Shown in pieces: positions 1 through 8,966 of a stretch of 37,885 nt of DNA. The DNA lies in the NCBI GenBank assembly GCA_050178385.1, contig JBFXGD010000018.1:1-37885 (forward strand). Direction: 5' to 3'. How positions within the stretch are numbered: the stretch's first letter is position 1; each line of letters starts with the position of its first letter. The stretch is from Calditrichaceae bacterium (GTDB lineage Bacteria; Calditrichota; Calditrichia; Calditrichales; JBFXGD01). The position numbers were made by a program, and so were the translations under genes. The notes beneath the pieces were generated by a model, which ran no database searches, was not told where the DNA came from, and saw only the letters and a list, made by a program, of their open reading frames with translations.

Positions 1-361
1 CACCTGGTTTCAGATTCAGCTCACTTATGAATGATTTTCTTTCGGTCAGTTCATCAATGCTTAATACTTCGTTCATTTTACCCGGACAGCCTAATGAACA
101 GGCGCCGAAGCAGTTTTTTTCAAGAAACATCTGCAGGCTGTCGCCAATATTAAAAGCCAGCGTGCCGATGTCTTCACTGCCAAGGTATAAACGTGTTACA
201 TGCGCCGGATCAGAAAAGAACTCCTTTTCGATCACCGATCCCAGATCGTTGATAAGCAGGAAAATGAAGTAATCCAGATTGTTTAGTTCGTAAACTTCTT
301 TTTCCCAGGAGCTCACAAATTCCCGAGCCGATATATACGTTTTTTGAAATCTTTCAGCCAA
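1..361 (-). CDS. Hypothetical protein, 5' part only (runs off the window edge), with a CxxxCxxxC motif
   Basis: Not in the ORF track. Hand translation from TTG at 361 gives MAERFQKTYISAREFVSSWEKEVYELNNLDYFIFLL...NCFGACSLGCPGK..., open to base 1. AAGGA SD and a TTGACA-N17-TAAATT promoter lie upstream. Confidence 0.8.
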   Translation of the reverse strand, partial: MAERFQKTYISAREFVSSWEKEVYELNNLDYFIFLLINDLGSVIEKEFFSDPAHVTRLYLGSEDIGTLAFNIGDSLQMFLEKNCFGACSLGCPGKMNEVLSIDELTERKSFISELNLKPG

Positions 362-386
362 TTTTAATCCTTAAACTGTTTCTGAA

Positions 387-415
387 AATTTACACTACGT
401 CTGCCCATCTGTCAA
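387..415 (-). promoter_or_regulatory. sigma70-type promoter TTGACA-N17-TAAATT
   Basis: Perfect -35 (415-410), 17-nt spacer, -10 at 392-387, just upstream of the 1..361 CDS. Confidence 0.6.
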
Positions 416-513
416 ATAAAAAAAGCCGGGTGAAATCAATTGTTTTTACCGGAATCATTTCTTAATTTATCTGACCACCAGAAATGTTCATTAACAAGCA
501 AGGAGAAATAAAA

Positions 514-1908
514 TTGAAATTTAAAAATCTCACCGCCCCATCTGCCGGTAAAAGTATTTCAATTGAGAACAAAAAGCTAAACGTTCCTGATAATCCTATA
601 ATTCCCTTCATCGAAGGTGACGGCACCGGACCCGATATTTGGCGCGCTTCTCAGTATGTTTTTGACAAGGCGGTCGAAAAAGCATACAAAGGAAAACGTA
701 AAATTGAATGGTTTGAAGTATATGCCGGTGAAAAGGCGTTTAAAAAATTTGGTGACTGGCTCCCGGAAGATACAGTTACAGCATTCAAGGAATATCTCGT
801 CGGAATCAAAGGTCCATTGACGACCCCGATCGGCGGCGGATTCCGTTCTTTAAACGTGGCGCTGCGTCAGATACTTGATCTGTACGTTTGTCTGCGTCCC
901 GTACGTTATTTCAAGGGTGTTCCTTCCCCTGTAAAACATCCCGAAAAAGTGGATATGGTGATTTTCCGTGAAAACACTGAAGATATTTACGCCGGAATCG
1001 AATGGGCCGAAGGTACTGCCGATGTTAAAAAAATGATCGATTTCCTGCAGAAAGAAATGGGTGTAAAAAACATCCGTTTTCCCGAAACTTCCGGTATCGG
1101 TATTAAACCCGTTTCTAAGGAAGGTTCCGAACGGCTTGTCAAAGCGGCAGTCGAATACGCGCTGGAACATAAACGCAAATCGCTGACCATTGTACACAAA
1201 GGCAACATCATGAAATTTACCGAAGGCGCTTTCAAAACCTGGGGTTATGCAGTCGGTGTGAAAGATTACCGTACTCAGGTAGTAACACAGCGCGAAAGCT
1301 GGATTATCGGCAACAAAGACGGCAATGCCAAACTTTCGGTTGAAGAAAACGCAAAAATGATTGAACCAGGTTACGACATGATGACCGATAAACAGAAGCT
1401 GGATATCCGTACCGAAGTGGAAGTCGCGTTAAAACTGATGCCGACACACGGCAATGGTCAGTACAAAAGCAAACTGATGCTCAAAGATACCATCGCGGAT
1501 ATCACCCTGCAGCAGGTTTTAACCCGCGCTGATGAATTTGATGTGGTTGCCACCATGAATCTGAACGGCGATTATCTGTCCGACGCTCTTGCCGCGCAGG
1601 TAGGCGGAATCGGTATCGCTCCGGGCGCCAATATCAATTATATCTCCGGACACGCTATTTTTGAAGCCACCCACGGCACCGCCCCAAAATACGCGAATCT
1701 GGATCAGGTGAACCCCGGTTCGGTAATTCTTTCCGGCGTGCTGATGTTTGAATACATGGGCTGGCAGGAAGTGGCCGATCTGATTGTCAGCGGCCTGGAA
1801 AAAGCCATAACTAACAAGACGGTTACATACGATTTCCACCGTCAGATGGATGGCGCCACCAAGCTGAAAACATCCGAGTTCGCTAAAGCGATCGTCGACA
1901 ACATGTAA
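514..1908 (+). CDS. icd: NADP-dependent isocitrate dehydrogenase (dimeric type)
   Basis: Motifs [62 protein letters not shown]. Start placed at TTG 514 because AGGAG SD is at 501-505 (ORF track starts at 484). Confidence 0.97.
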   Translation: MKFKNLTAPSAGKSISIENKKLNVPDNPIIPFIEGDGTGPDIWRASQYVFDKAVEKAYKGKRKIEWFEVYAGEKAFKKFGDWLPEDTVTAFKEYLVGIKGPLTTPIGGGFRSLNVALRQILDLYVCLRPVRYFKGVPSPVKHPEKVDMVIFRENTEDIYAGIEWAEGTADVKKMIDFLQKEMGVKNIRFPETSGIGIKPVSKEGSERLVKAAVEYALEHKRKSLTIVHKGNIMKFTEGAFKTWGYAVGVKDYRTQVVTQRESWIIGNKDGNAKLSVEENAKMIEPGYDMMTDKQKLDIRTEVEVALKLMPTHGNGQYKSKLMLKDTIADITLQQVLTRADEFDVVATMNLNGDYLSDALAAQVGGIGIAPGANINYISGHAIFEATHGTAPKYANLDQVNPGSVILSGVLMFEYMGWQEVADLIVSGLEKAITNKTVTYDFHRQMDGATKLKTSEFAKAIVDNM

Positions 1909-1924
1909 TCCCGATCTTTATTAT

Positions 1925-1964
1925 AAAAAAGGCTGCCGCTAATTATCGTGGCAGCCTTTTTTTT
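1925..1964. terminator. Intrinsic terminator after icd, possibly bidirectional
   Basis: AAAAAA-GGCTGCCGC-loop-GTGGCAGCC-TTTTTTTT. Confidence 0.85.
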
Positions 1965-1991
1965 AACTACCATCTCACCGATGCCCACCAC

Positions 1992-2134
1992 TTAAGAAAA
2001 AAGATAAAAGAAAAAAGAGGAAGAACAAGCTGTTTCCCCTTCTAAAGGGGGACTAAGGGGGTTGTTTCTGTGATCAATATAGGAAGTAGGAAGTGGGAAA
2101 TTAAAAAGCGATAAGAGTTAAGTGTGTAATAGTT
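1992..2134 (+). repeat. Left arm of a long composite imperfect inverted repeat
   Basis: Order: AAAAGA(T/A) heptamers, AGAACAAGC, GTTTCCCCTTCTAAAGGGGGACTAAGGGGG, TAGGAAG heptamers, TAAGAGT-like heptamers. Aligns by eye to the reverse complement of 2718-2880. Confidence 0.9.
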
Positions 2135-2429
2135 ATCAAATAACGGTAATATACCATTCCTAACTTGGTAAAACTCATTCCCATCCGGTAGAAGCCATTC
2201 CCGGGTAAGTAATGTTATATGATTTTAAAGTATCTTCGCGTTTATTACCATTGAAGCTATAACTGACATACGATTTTTAACGGTTAATCCTGTGGCCCGA
2301 TGACTAACACATTCTTTGAAAACGGTCATCCTGTCTGTTAGTAAGTTTATTTAAAATAAGCCAGGAAATAATTATGATCAGGGATATCATTTTGCCTGAG
2401 TCGGTTGCTATTTTTAATTCCGGCGGTCA

Positions 2430-2626
2430 AAGCTCCGTAGGAGCAGCATATTTGTAGGTATTGATTTTTTAGAAAATACAGGAAGCCCTGTAGGGGCGAT
2501 AGATTAGTTCATTAATCCATCCCGGGTCATTACGGTGTAAGCGTCTGGCATAATGTTTCGCTCCGATGGAGCTTAATTGGTATTGTTTCATTCTTTTTCT
2601 ACAAAGATATAGCTCCTACGGAGCTT
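2430..2626. mobile_element. REP/REPIN- or MITE-like non-autonomous element with four short palindromes
   Basis: Perfect 15-bp terminal IR AAGCTCCGTAGGAGC (2430-2444) / GCTCCTACGGAGCTT (2612-2626), extended by TTTGTAG/CTACAAA. Inner degenerate pair AAGCCCTGTAGGGGCGA (2483-2499) / TCGCTCCGATGGAGCTT (2558-2574). Confidence 0.75.
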
Positions 2627-2664
2627 ATTATATAATCAAGAATTTTAAAGATGCTTTGTGTCAC

Positions 2665-2720
2665 GTCGGGGAATGTATGCCGGACAATTTATATTGTGCT
2701 TTCGGGCATCATACCCCAAC
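2665..2720. repeat. ~56-nt imperfect hairpin
   Basis: GTCGGGGAATGTATGCCGG ... TCGGGCATCATACCCCAAC, capped by the inner stem ACAAT-TTAT-ATTGT. Confidence 0.65.
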
Positions 2721-2910
2721 TCTTAACTCATAACACTTAACTCTCAACGCTCTTCAACTTCCTACTTCTTACTTCCTACTTCCTGCTTCGCTTTCTGAAC
2801 ACCCCCCTTAGTCCCCCTTTGGCAGGGGGAAACGGCTTGTTCTAATTCTTTTTTCTTTTATCTTTTTTCTTTTATCTTAACTTCCTACTTCTTACTTCTT
2901 ACTTCCTACT
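2718..2910 (-). repeat. Right arm of the composite inverted repeat plus an extra ACTTC(C/T)T heptamer tract
   Basis: AACTCTT-like x4, ACTTC(C/T)T x4, CCCCCTTAGTCCCCCTTT..GGGGAAAC, GCTTGTTCT, TCTTTT(T/A) x4-5, then ACTTC(C/T)T x4 overlapping the dipeptidase stop. Confidence 0.9.
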
Positions 2911-4058
2911 TTTCTTAAGACTCTCTCAAAATTCCCGCCCAGGATCTTGCGGATGGAATCTTCGCTGTACCCCCTGCGCAGCAGCTCCCGGGTGATAGTC
3001 GGCATTTTGGAAACATTTTCCAGTCCCGCCGGGGGAATCGATATGCCGTCAAAATCGGAACCAAGCCCCACATAATCATCGCCCACCAGTTGTACCACAT
3101 AGTCAATATGATCGGCGATGACGCTTACACCGGGATATAGGGAATCGATACGGCTGTGTATAAACGCCGCGCGGTCAAATGCTTCATCAGATCCAACCGA
3201 TTTTAGTGAATCTTCTATGGCGTCCGCGTCTTTTCTGGACTGTCTGTAAATCCCGTCAAAACCATCCACCAGGAAACCGGGATAAAAATTGATAAACATG
3301 ACCCCGCCGTTTTTTGCAAGCGCGCGGATTTGATCATCATTCAGATTCCGGTAATGGGGACAAATGGCGTAAACCGATGAATGGGAAGCGATCACCGGCT
3401 TTTTTGATATAGCCAGCACATCATAAAAAGTCTGTTCACCGGAGTGGGAAAGATCGATGATCATACCCAGCTCATTCATACGCAGGATGACTTCTTTGCC
3501 AAATGCCGTCAGTCCGCGGTGTCCCTGCCAGGCGGGATTGGTCTCATCCCGAGCGGAGGTTGCCCAATCGGCGCTGTTATTCCAGGTGAGTCCGAGATAT
3601 CGCGCGCCGCGATTATATAAATCGTTTAGTTTATTCAGGTCATTTTCAATGGCCGTCCCGCCTTCAACGCCGATAAATGCGGCGGTTTTTTTTACATCAA
3701 GCGCGCGCTGCAATTGTTCCGGCGAATCGGTAAACATGATTTTATCATCATTACGCCCGAATATCTGATGAAGGGTATCGATCATAGCCATGGTAGTATC
3801 AAACATTTGTTCGGGCGACACATGACGCGGATCGGGCCAGACGGCAAAAAACACCGCGTCCACCCCGCCTATGCGCAGCCTGTCAAGATCAACCTGACCT
3901 TTCAGCGAATAATGTTCGATATCTTCTCCCCGTAGATGGCGGAGCAGAACATCGGTGTGCATATCTACAACAAGTGCCCGGTCATGAATTTTCTGATAAT
4001 TTTTCTGCGCGAAAAGATTGATCGTGAGCAGAGTGATAAGAGATAGAGTGATTCGCAA
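2892..4058 (-). CDS. Membrane dipeptidase (peptidase M19, renal-dipeptidase family), secreted
   Basis: Motifs VDMHTD, GVEG, LGLTWN, IDLSH, ASHS, VGLGSDFDG, ILGGNF. N-terminal signal peptide, TTG start. Confidence 0.93.
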   Translation of the reverse strand: MRITLSLITLLTINLFAQKNYQKIHDRALVVDMHTDVLLRHLRGEDIEHYSLKGQVDLDRLRIGGVDAVFFAVWPDPRHVSPEQMFDTTMAMIDTLHQIFGRNDDKIMFTDSPEQLQRALDVKKTAAFIGVEGGTAIENDLNKLNDLYNRGARYLGLTWNNSADWATSARDETNPAWQGHRGLTAFGKEVILRMNELGMIIDLSHSGEQTFYDVLAISKKPVIASHSSVYAICPHYRNLNDDQIRALAKNGGVMFINFYPGFLVDGFDGIYRQSRKDADAIEDSLKSVGSDEAFDRAAFIHSRIDSLYPGVSVIADHIDYVVQLVGDDYVGLGSDFDGISIPPAGLENVSKMPTITRELLRRGYSEDSIRKILGGNFERVLRKVGSKK

Positions 4059-4107
4059 CTCGCTGTTCCTTTTCTGATTGAGAGCTTTTATAAGATTGAA
4101 TATGTGT

Positions 4108-5835
4108 TCATTCTGTCATTTCCAGCGAGGCTTCAAGCTGCTGTTTCTCAAACAGATCGGCATATAATCCGTTGATCTCCAGCAGTTCATCGTGCGTGCC
4201 CTGTTCTATAATGCGGCCATTATCCAAAACGATAATATAATCCGCGTTCATGATTGAGGAAATCCGGTGGGAAACCCACAGGCAGGTTTTATCCTGCATC
4301 ACGGTTCTGAGATTGGTGAGAATCGCTTCTTCCGTCACCGTATCCACCGCTGAAAGGGCATCATCCAACAGCAGGATGCGCGGATGTTTCAAAATAGCGC
4401 GCGCCAGGCTTATACGCTGTTTCTGCCCGCCGGAAATATTGATTCCCCGTTCTCCGAGGATTGTATCATATCCGTTGGGAAATTCGATGATGCTGTCATG
4501 CATCTGAGCCATCCGCGCCGCCCACTCAATTTCCTCCTGTGACACGTCATTCACGCCGAAAGCTATATTATTCCGAATAGTATCGGAAAACAGAAACGTA
4601 TCCTGGGGTATATATCCTGTAAATTCTCTCAATATTGCCACAGGAACACGATGGATATCGTTACCATCAATAAAAACCGTATCTGCGGGCGGATTATAGG
4701 TCCGGGTAAGCAGATGGATCAGGGTTGATTTACCCGAACCGGTACGGCCGACCACCGCGATAATCTGTCCTTCTCCGATATTCAGATTGATATCGGATAA
4801 TACCTGTTCCTCATTCCCGGGATATTTAAAGTCGAGATTCTTCAGTTCAACGCGGCCGTGGATTGTTTTTACCGTCAGCACATCAGGCCTGTCAACAATA
4901 TCGGGCCGCGCCTGTGTGATATGGTTTAACCGTTTTAAAGCGGCCGTTCCCTGCATGAAGATACCCGCCACCCATCCCAAAGCTATGGACGGCCAGACAA
5001 GCATACCAAGATACAGACTGAACGCCACAAATTCCCCAAGAGTAATCACATTTTTAATTATGAGTTGTCCGCCGAAAAACAGAATCACCGCGGTGCTCAG
5101 TCCGACGATTAACATCATTGATGGATGGAATCCGGCGTAAGCTCGGGCATAATCCATATTTTTTTTGATATATTCTTTATTCAGACTGTTAAAATCTTTT
5201 ATTTCGCTCTCTTCAAGCACATACGATTTTACGATCCGCATACCCGCCAAATTTTCCTGCGCCTTGGTGCTGATCATGCCGAAATGATTTTGAACGGCCA
5301 GATATCTCTTATGAATCTGCTGACCAAAACGGTTTACCATCACGGCCATAATCGGTACCGGCAGCAAGGCAATCATTGTCAGCGTTGAATTTATTTTGAG
5401 CATCATTATAATGACAAAAACAAATGTAGTGAATGTATTGACGGAATACATGATACCCGGACCAAGAACGGAGCGGATGGAGTTCAGGTCATTGGTCAGA
5501 CGCGACATGATATCGCCCGTTCCTGTAGTTTGAAACCAGGTGCTTGATAGTGTCTGAAGCTTGGTGAGCAGATCATTCCGCAAATCGTTTTCGATAAATC
5601 GCGAGACCACAATAACCGTGCGGCGCATCAAAAAACGGAAGATTCCGTTTACAAATGTCACCAGAATAACCAGTCCCGCAAAAGTCAGCAGCTTCGACAT
5701 GACAATATCTTCTTTAAAATAATCAATTGCCATACGGATAATCTGCGGGTTTATGATTTGCACAAAGTTACCTGAAACAATAAACATAAATCCGAAAAGC
5801 AGCCGTTTTTTGTATCGCATCAAATACGGCCACAT
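4108..5835 (-). CDS. ABC exporter, fused permease + ATPase (MdlA/MsbA-like)
   Basis: Hydrophobic N-terminal half, Walker A GRTGSGKST, signature ISGGQKQR, degenerate Walker B LLLDDALSAVD. The start may lie 7 codons upstream (ATC at 5856). Confidence 0.93.
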   Translation of the reverse strand: MWPYLMRYKKRLLFGFMFIVSGNFVQIINPQIIRMAIDYFKEDIVMSKLLTFAGLVILVTFVNGIFRFLMRRTVIVVSRFIENDLRNDLLTKLQTLSSTWFQTTGTGDIMSRLTNDLNSIRSVLGPGIMYSVNTFTTFVFVIIMMLKINSTLTMIALLPVPIMAVMVNRFGQQIHKRYLAVQNHFGMISTKAQENLAGMRIVKSYVLEESEIKDFNSLNKEYIKKNMDYARAYAGFHPSMMLIVGLSTAVILFFGGQLIIKNVITLGEFVAFSLYLGMLVWPSIALGWVAGIFMQGTAALKRLNHITQARPDIVDRPDVLTVKTIHGRVELKNLDFKYPGNEEQVLSDINLNIGEGQIIAVVGRTGSGKSTLIHLLTRTYNPPADTVFIDGNDIHRVPVAILREFTGYIPQDTFLFSDTIRNNIAFGVNDVSQEEIEWAARMAQMHDSIIEFPNGYDTILGERGINISGGQKQRISLARAILKHPRILLLDDALSAVDTVTEEAILTNLRTVMQDKTCLWVSHRISSIMNADYIIVLDNGRIIEQGTHDELLEINGLYADLFEKQQLEASLEMTE

Positions 5836-5898
5836 TTGTCTGATCAGATCTTTGATATTAAAACTCCGTATTTATCGTCGATTTTTTTGGATACGCCT

Positions 5899-5927
5899 AA
5901 GTTAAGCAGGGAGAACCTGACAGTCAA
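5899..5927 (-). promoter_or_regulatory. sigma70-type promoter TTGACT-N17-TAACTT
   Basis: Upstream of the ABC exporter and its GGAG SD (5864-5867). Confidence 0.55.
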
Positions 5928-6014
5928 ACACGACATCAAGTCATTACAAAGATGTTCGGCGGTAAATTATTCCTGAAAACCACGCACTTTTTATTCCACG
6001 TACACCCGGCAATG

Positions 6015-7475
6015 TTACATTTTTCCGGCCTGCAGCCGCTCACGTGAGATGGTAGCTACGGTCCCGGTCAGTATGATCAGGCCGACCAGATTAGGTATTG
6101 CCATCAACGCGTTACCGATATTACCGAGATTCCAGACAATGTTCAGGTAATTGAAGCTTTCACCGGCGATCGGCGTTAAGATGGCGCCGAAAAACAGGAA
6201 AGCGATAAATGTATAGCGATACGGCATTATCACTTTATCTCCCCCGAGATATTCGATACACTTTTCACCATAATAGGACCATCCCAGCAATGTGGTATAA
6301 CCGAACAGAAAGGAGGCCACCGCGATAATCGTCCCGCCAAGCCCGAATGGTATCACCGTGTTGAACGCTTTCTGGGTAACAAGAATGCTTGTGATATTAT
6401 TTGCCGCGTCCATCCCCTGCCAGGCCTGTGTCTGCATATAAGCGCCGGTGAGAACGATGGTCAGGGTTGTCATCGAATTCACCAGAATGGTATCGATGAA
6501 CACGCCGGTCATGGCGATAAGTCCGTTTTTTGCCGGTTCTTCCGATGCCGATGCCCCCTGCGCGATTGCCGCTGATCCTAAACCGGCTTCATTGGACAGC
6601 AGTCCCCTGCTGACACCGTTTTGAATCGCAAGTCCCACGGTGGCTCCCACCATAGGCTGCAGACCAAAGGCGGATTTGAATATCACCGCGAACGCTTCCG
6701 GAACATGGCTAATATTTGCGATAATCACAAACAGAGCCGCTGTTATATAAAATACGATCATCGCGGGAACGAGCTTTTCCGAAACACGCCCAATCTTCTT
6801 TATACCTCCGATAATGACCATGCCCACCAAAACCGCGATCAATAAACCAAGAACATAATAATAGACCGCCGGCGCCTGTTCGCCCGCGACACCGCCGTGG
6901 AAAATATTGTTAAAACTATTCGCCAGGGATATAACCATTGAATTAGACTGTGCCATATTACCGGTACCGATCAGACAGGCGATCGCCCCGCAGACGGCAA
7001 AGGCTCCCCCGAGGATCCGTCCCAGTTTTTTATTTTTCAAACCATTCTTAACATAGTACATCGGACCGCCGGCCATTGTCCCGTTTGGCGCCACTTCCCG
7101 GTAATAAACCCCCAGAAAACCTTCGGCGTATTTCGTCGCCATACCAAAAATTCCGGCAATCCACATAAATACCGGAGCGCCCGGTCCGCCGATGGCGATA
7201 GCCGTTGCAACGCCTGCAATATTACCGTTGCCCACTGTTGCCGCCAGAGCAGTCATTAACGCGGCGAAGGGTGAAATATCGCCCATGCCCTCTTCCGAAC
7301 GAGATTCTTTTGAGAAAACAAGCTTTAATGACTTCCAGAATTGAGTGAACTGCAGGCCGCGCGTACGGATGGTCAGGTAGATTCCGGTTCCGAGCAAAAG
7401 CGTAATCATCGCCGGGCCCCACATGATCAGATCAAGTTCAGTTGTCCATAAAAGAAATTTATCAAAAAAGCTCAT
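6015..7475 (-). CDS. Sodium:alanine/glycine symporter (AGCS/AlsT family)
   Basis: Motifs ALAATVGNGNIAGVA, GGPGAPVFMW, GGPMYY, SNEAGLGSA, MAIPNL. Confidence 0.93.
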   Translation of the reverse strand: MSFFDKFLLWTTELDLIMWGPAMITLLLGTGIYLTIRTRGLQFTQFWKSLKLVFSKESRSEEGMGDISPFAALMTALAATVGNGNIAGVATAIAIGGPGAPVFMWIAGIFGMATKYAEGFLGVYYREVAPNGTMAGGPMYYVKNGLKNKKLGRILGGAFAVCGAIACLIGTGNMAQSNSMVISLANSFNNIFHGGVAGEQAPAVYYYVLGLLIAVLVGMVIIGGIKKIGRVSEKLVPAMIVFYITAALFVIIANISHVPEAFAVIFKSAFGLQPMVGATVGLAIQNGVSRGLLSNEAGLGSAAIAQGASASEEPAKNGLIAMTGVFIDTILVNSMTTLTIVLTGAYMQTQAWQGMDAANNITSILVTQKAFNTVIPFGLGGTIIAVASFLFGYTTLLGWSYYGEKCIEYLGGDKVIMPYRYTFIAFLFFGAILTPIAGESFNYLNIVWNLGNIGNALMAIPNLVGLIILTGTVATISRERLQAGKM

Positions 7476-7565
7476 AAAGTCCTTTCTTCTTTAGAGAAAT
7501 TCTCCACCGGCAGATTCTTACAAAACCCTTAATATTCGGGGATCGTATTTTAAAATGATATTTTC

Positions 7566-8912
7566 TCAGTTAAAGATGCCGAACAAATTCAACAGGATGA
7601 CAAAGATGACTACAGGTATAAAATAACGGATCATGAATATCCAGATATTTCTTGTTTTGGCAAAAGACGATCCACCCAGTTGAATTTCATCCGCGGCTTT
7701 ATCAGCGCCCCAGATCCAGCCGACAAAAATGGAGAGGCAAAAAGCGCCGAATGCCAGGGAAAAATCACCAAAAATAAAACTCATATGACTCAGAAAATCC
7801 GGTGAAGTCAATCTCGCGGGCAGCCAGCCGAAATTTGAGAAATATTCACTCGCTCCCTGGGAAAGAGCTGATGGCAGTACAATTATAATAGTAATCGCGG
7901 CGACTGCCCAGAAAATTTTTTTCCGGCTGACTTTTTTTTCATCAACCATAAAGGCGACCGGTACTTCCAGCAATGAAATCGTGGAAGTTAACGCGGCGAC
8001 AGAAAGCAATAAAAAGAAAAAGGCCCCGACAATTAATCCGCCGGGCATTTGGACAAACAGTTTTGGAAAAATGACAAATACCAGTGACGGACCCGCCGCA
8101 GGACTTTCGCCCATAGAAAACAAGGCGGGAAAGATTACCAGGCCGGCCATAATCGCAATCATCGTATCAAAAATACCGATGTAGAAACCGGATGAAACGA
8201 TATTTTCTTTTTTTGATAAATAACTTCCGTAGGTGATCATTAATCCCATTCCCAAACTCAACGAGAAGAATGCCTGCCCCAGCGCGGCCAGCATTATTTT
8301 TCCTGTGATTTTTGAGAAATCGGGCTTCAGATAAAATTCCAGCCCCTTCATCGAGCCTTCGAGGGTGTTCGCGTAAATGATTAAACCAATGATCAGAATA
8401 AAGAAAACCGGCATCAGTATTTTTGACCACTTTTCAATCCCGCCGGAGACGCCTCCGTAAACTATGATTGATGTGATTCCCAGGAATAAGGCAAACAAAA
8501 GACTGACCGCCCACGGGTCTGATATAAACTGACTGAAGTCTCCCACATTTCCCGAAATCATTTTATATATATAGGCGATCGTCCATCCGGCAATTACGCC
8601 ATAAAAAGACAAGATACCAACACCCGTAAATACACCAAGAAATCCCACCCATTTCCAGGGAGAATTCGGCTTGATCGCCTTGATTGCGCCGACCGGATTC
8701 CGCTGAACCGATCGTCCGAGCGCCAGTTCGGCAAACATATACGGCAAACCGATCACAAACACAAAAAGGATATATATCAGGACAAACGCGGCCCCGCCGT
8801 TTTCACCGACGATATAGGGAAAACGCCAGATATTGCCCAAACCGATCGCCGATCCCGCCGCCGCGAATATAAATCCAATTTTAGAACTCCACTGCCCTCT
8901 TTCGACATCCAT
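7566..8912 (-). CDS. Sodium-dependent transporter, NSS/SNF family
   Basis: Motifs RGQWSSKIGF, AGSAIGLGNIWRFPY, NGGAAF, GQAFFSLSLG, ITYGSY. Confidence 0.94.
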   Translation of the reverse strand: MDVERGQWSSKIGFIFAAAGSAIGLGNIWRFPYIVGENGGAAFVLIYILFVFVIGLPYMFAELALGRSVQRNPVGAIKAIKPNSPWKWVGFLGVFTGVGILSFYGVIAGWTIAYIYKMISGNVGDFSQFISDPWAVSLLFALFLGITSIIVYGGVSGGIEKWSKILMPVFFILIIGLIIYANTLEGSMKGLEFYLKPDFSKITGKIMLAALGQAFFSLSLGMGLMITYGSYLSKKENIVSSGFYIGIFDTMIAIMAGLVIFPALFSMGESPAAGPSLVFVIFPKLFVQMPGGLIVGAFFFLLLSVAALTSTISLLEVPVAFMVDEKKVSRKKIFWAVAAITIIIVLPSALSQGASEYFSNFGWLPARLTSPDFLSHMSFIFGDFSLAFGAFCLSIFVGWIWGADKAADEIQLGGSSFAKTRNIWIFMIRYFIPVVIFVILLNLFGIFN

Positions 8913-8966
8913 GGGTAAACTCCCCTCATTTCGTCGTTATATTAATGTTTTTATTATTAAATGATC

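Noticed and set aside
27..272. 81-aa + strand ORF
   Set aside because: Antisense to the better-supported minus-strand CDS at 1..361.
1290..1480. Insertion in Icd relative to E. coli (possible intein or novelty)
   Set aside because: No intein motifs. I recall a similar insert in other long dimeric Icds such as cyanobacterial ones, so it is probably a known variant.
2134..2429. Cargo gene inside the inverted arms
   Set aside because: The ORF track lists nothing here, and the frames I read by hand give only short peptides without a recognisable motif.
1992..2910. CRISPR array or autonomous IS
   Set aside because: No identical direct repeats with unique spacers, no cas genes, no transposase ORF, and no clear target-site duplication seen.
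7476..7565. Glycine riboswitch or T-box upstream of the amino-acid symporters
   Set aside because: The intergenic regions are too short and lack the conserved motifs.
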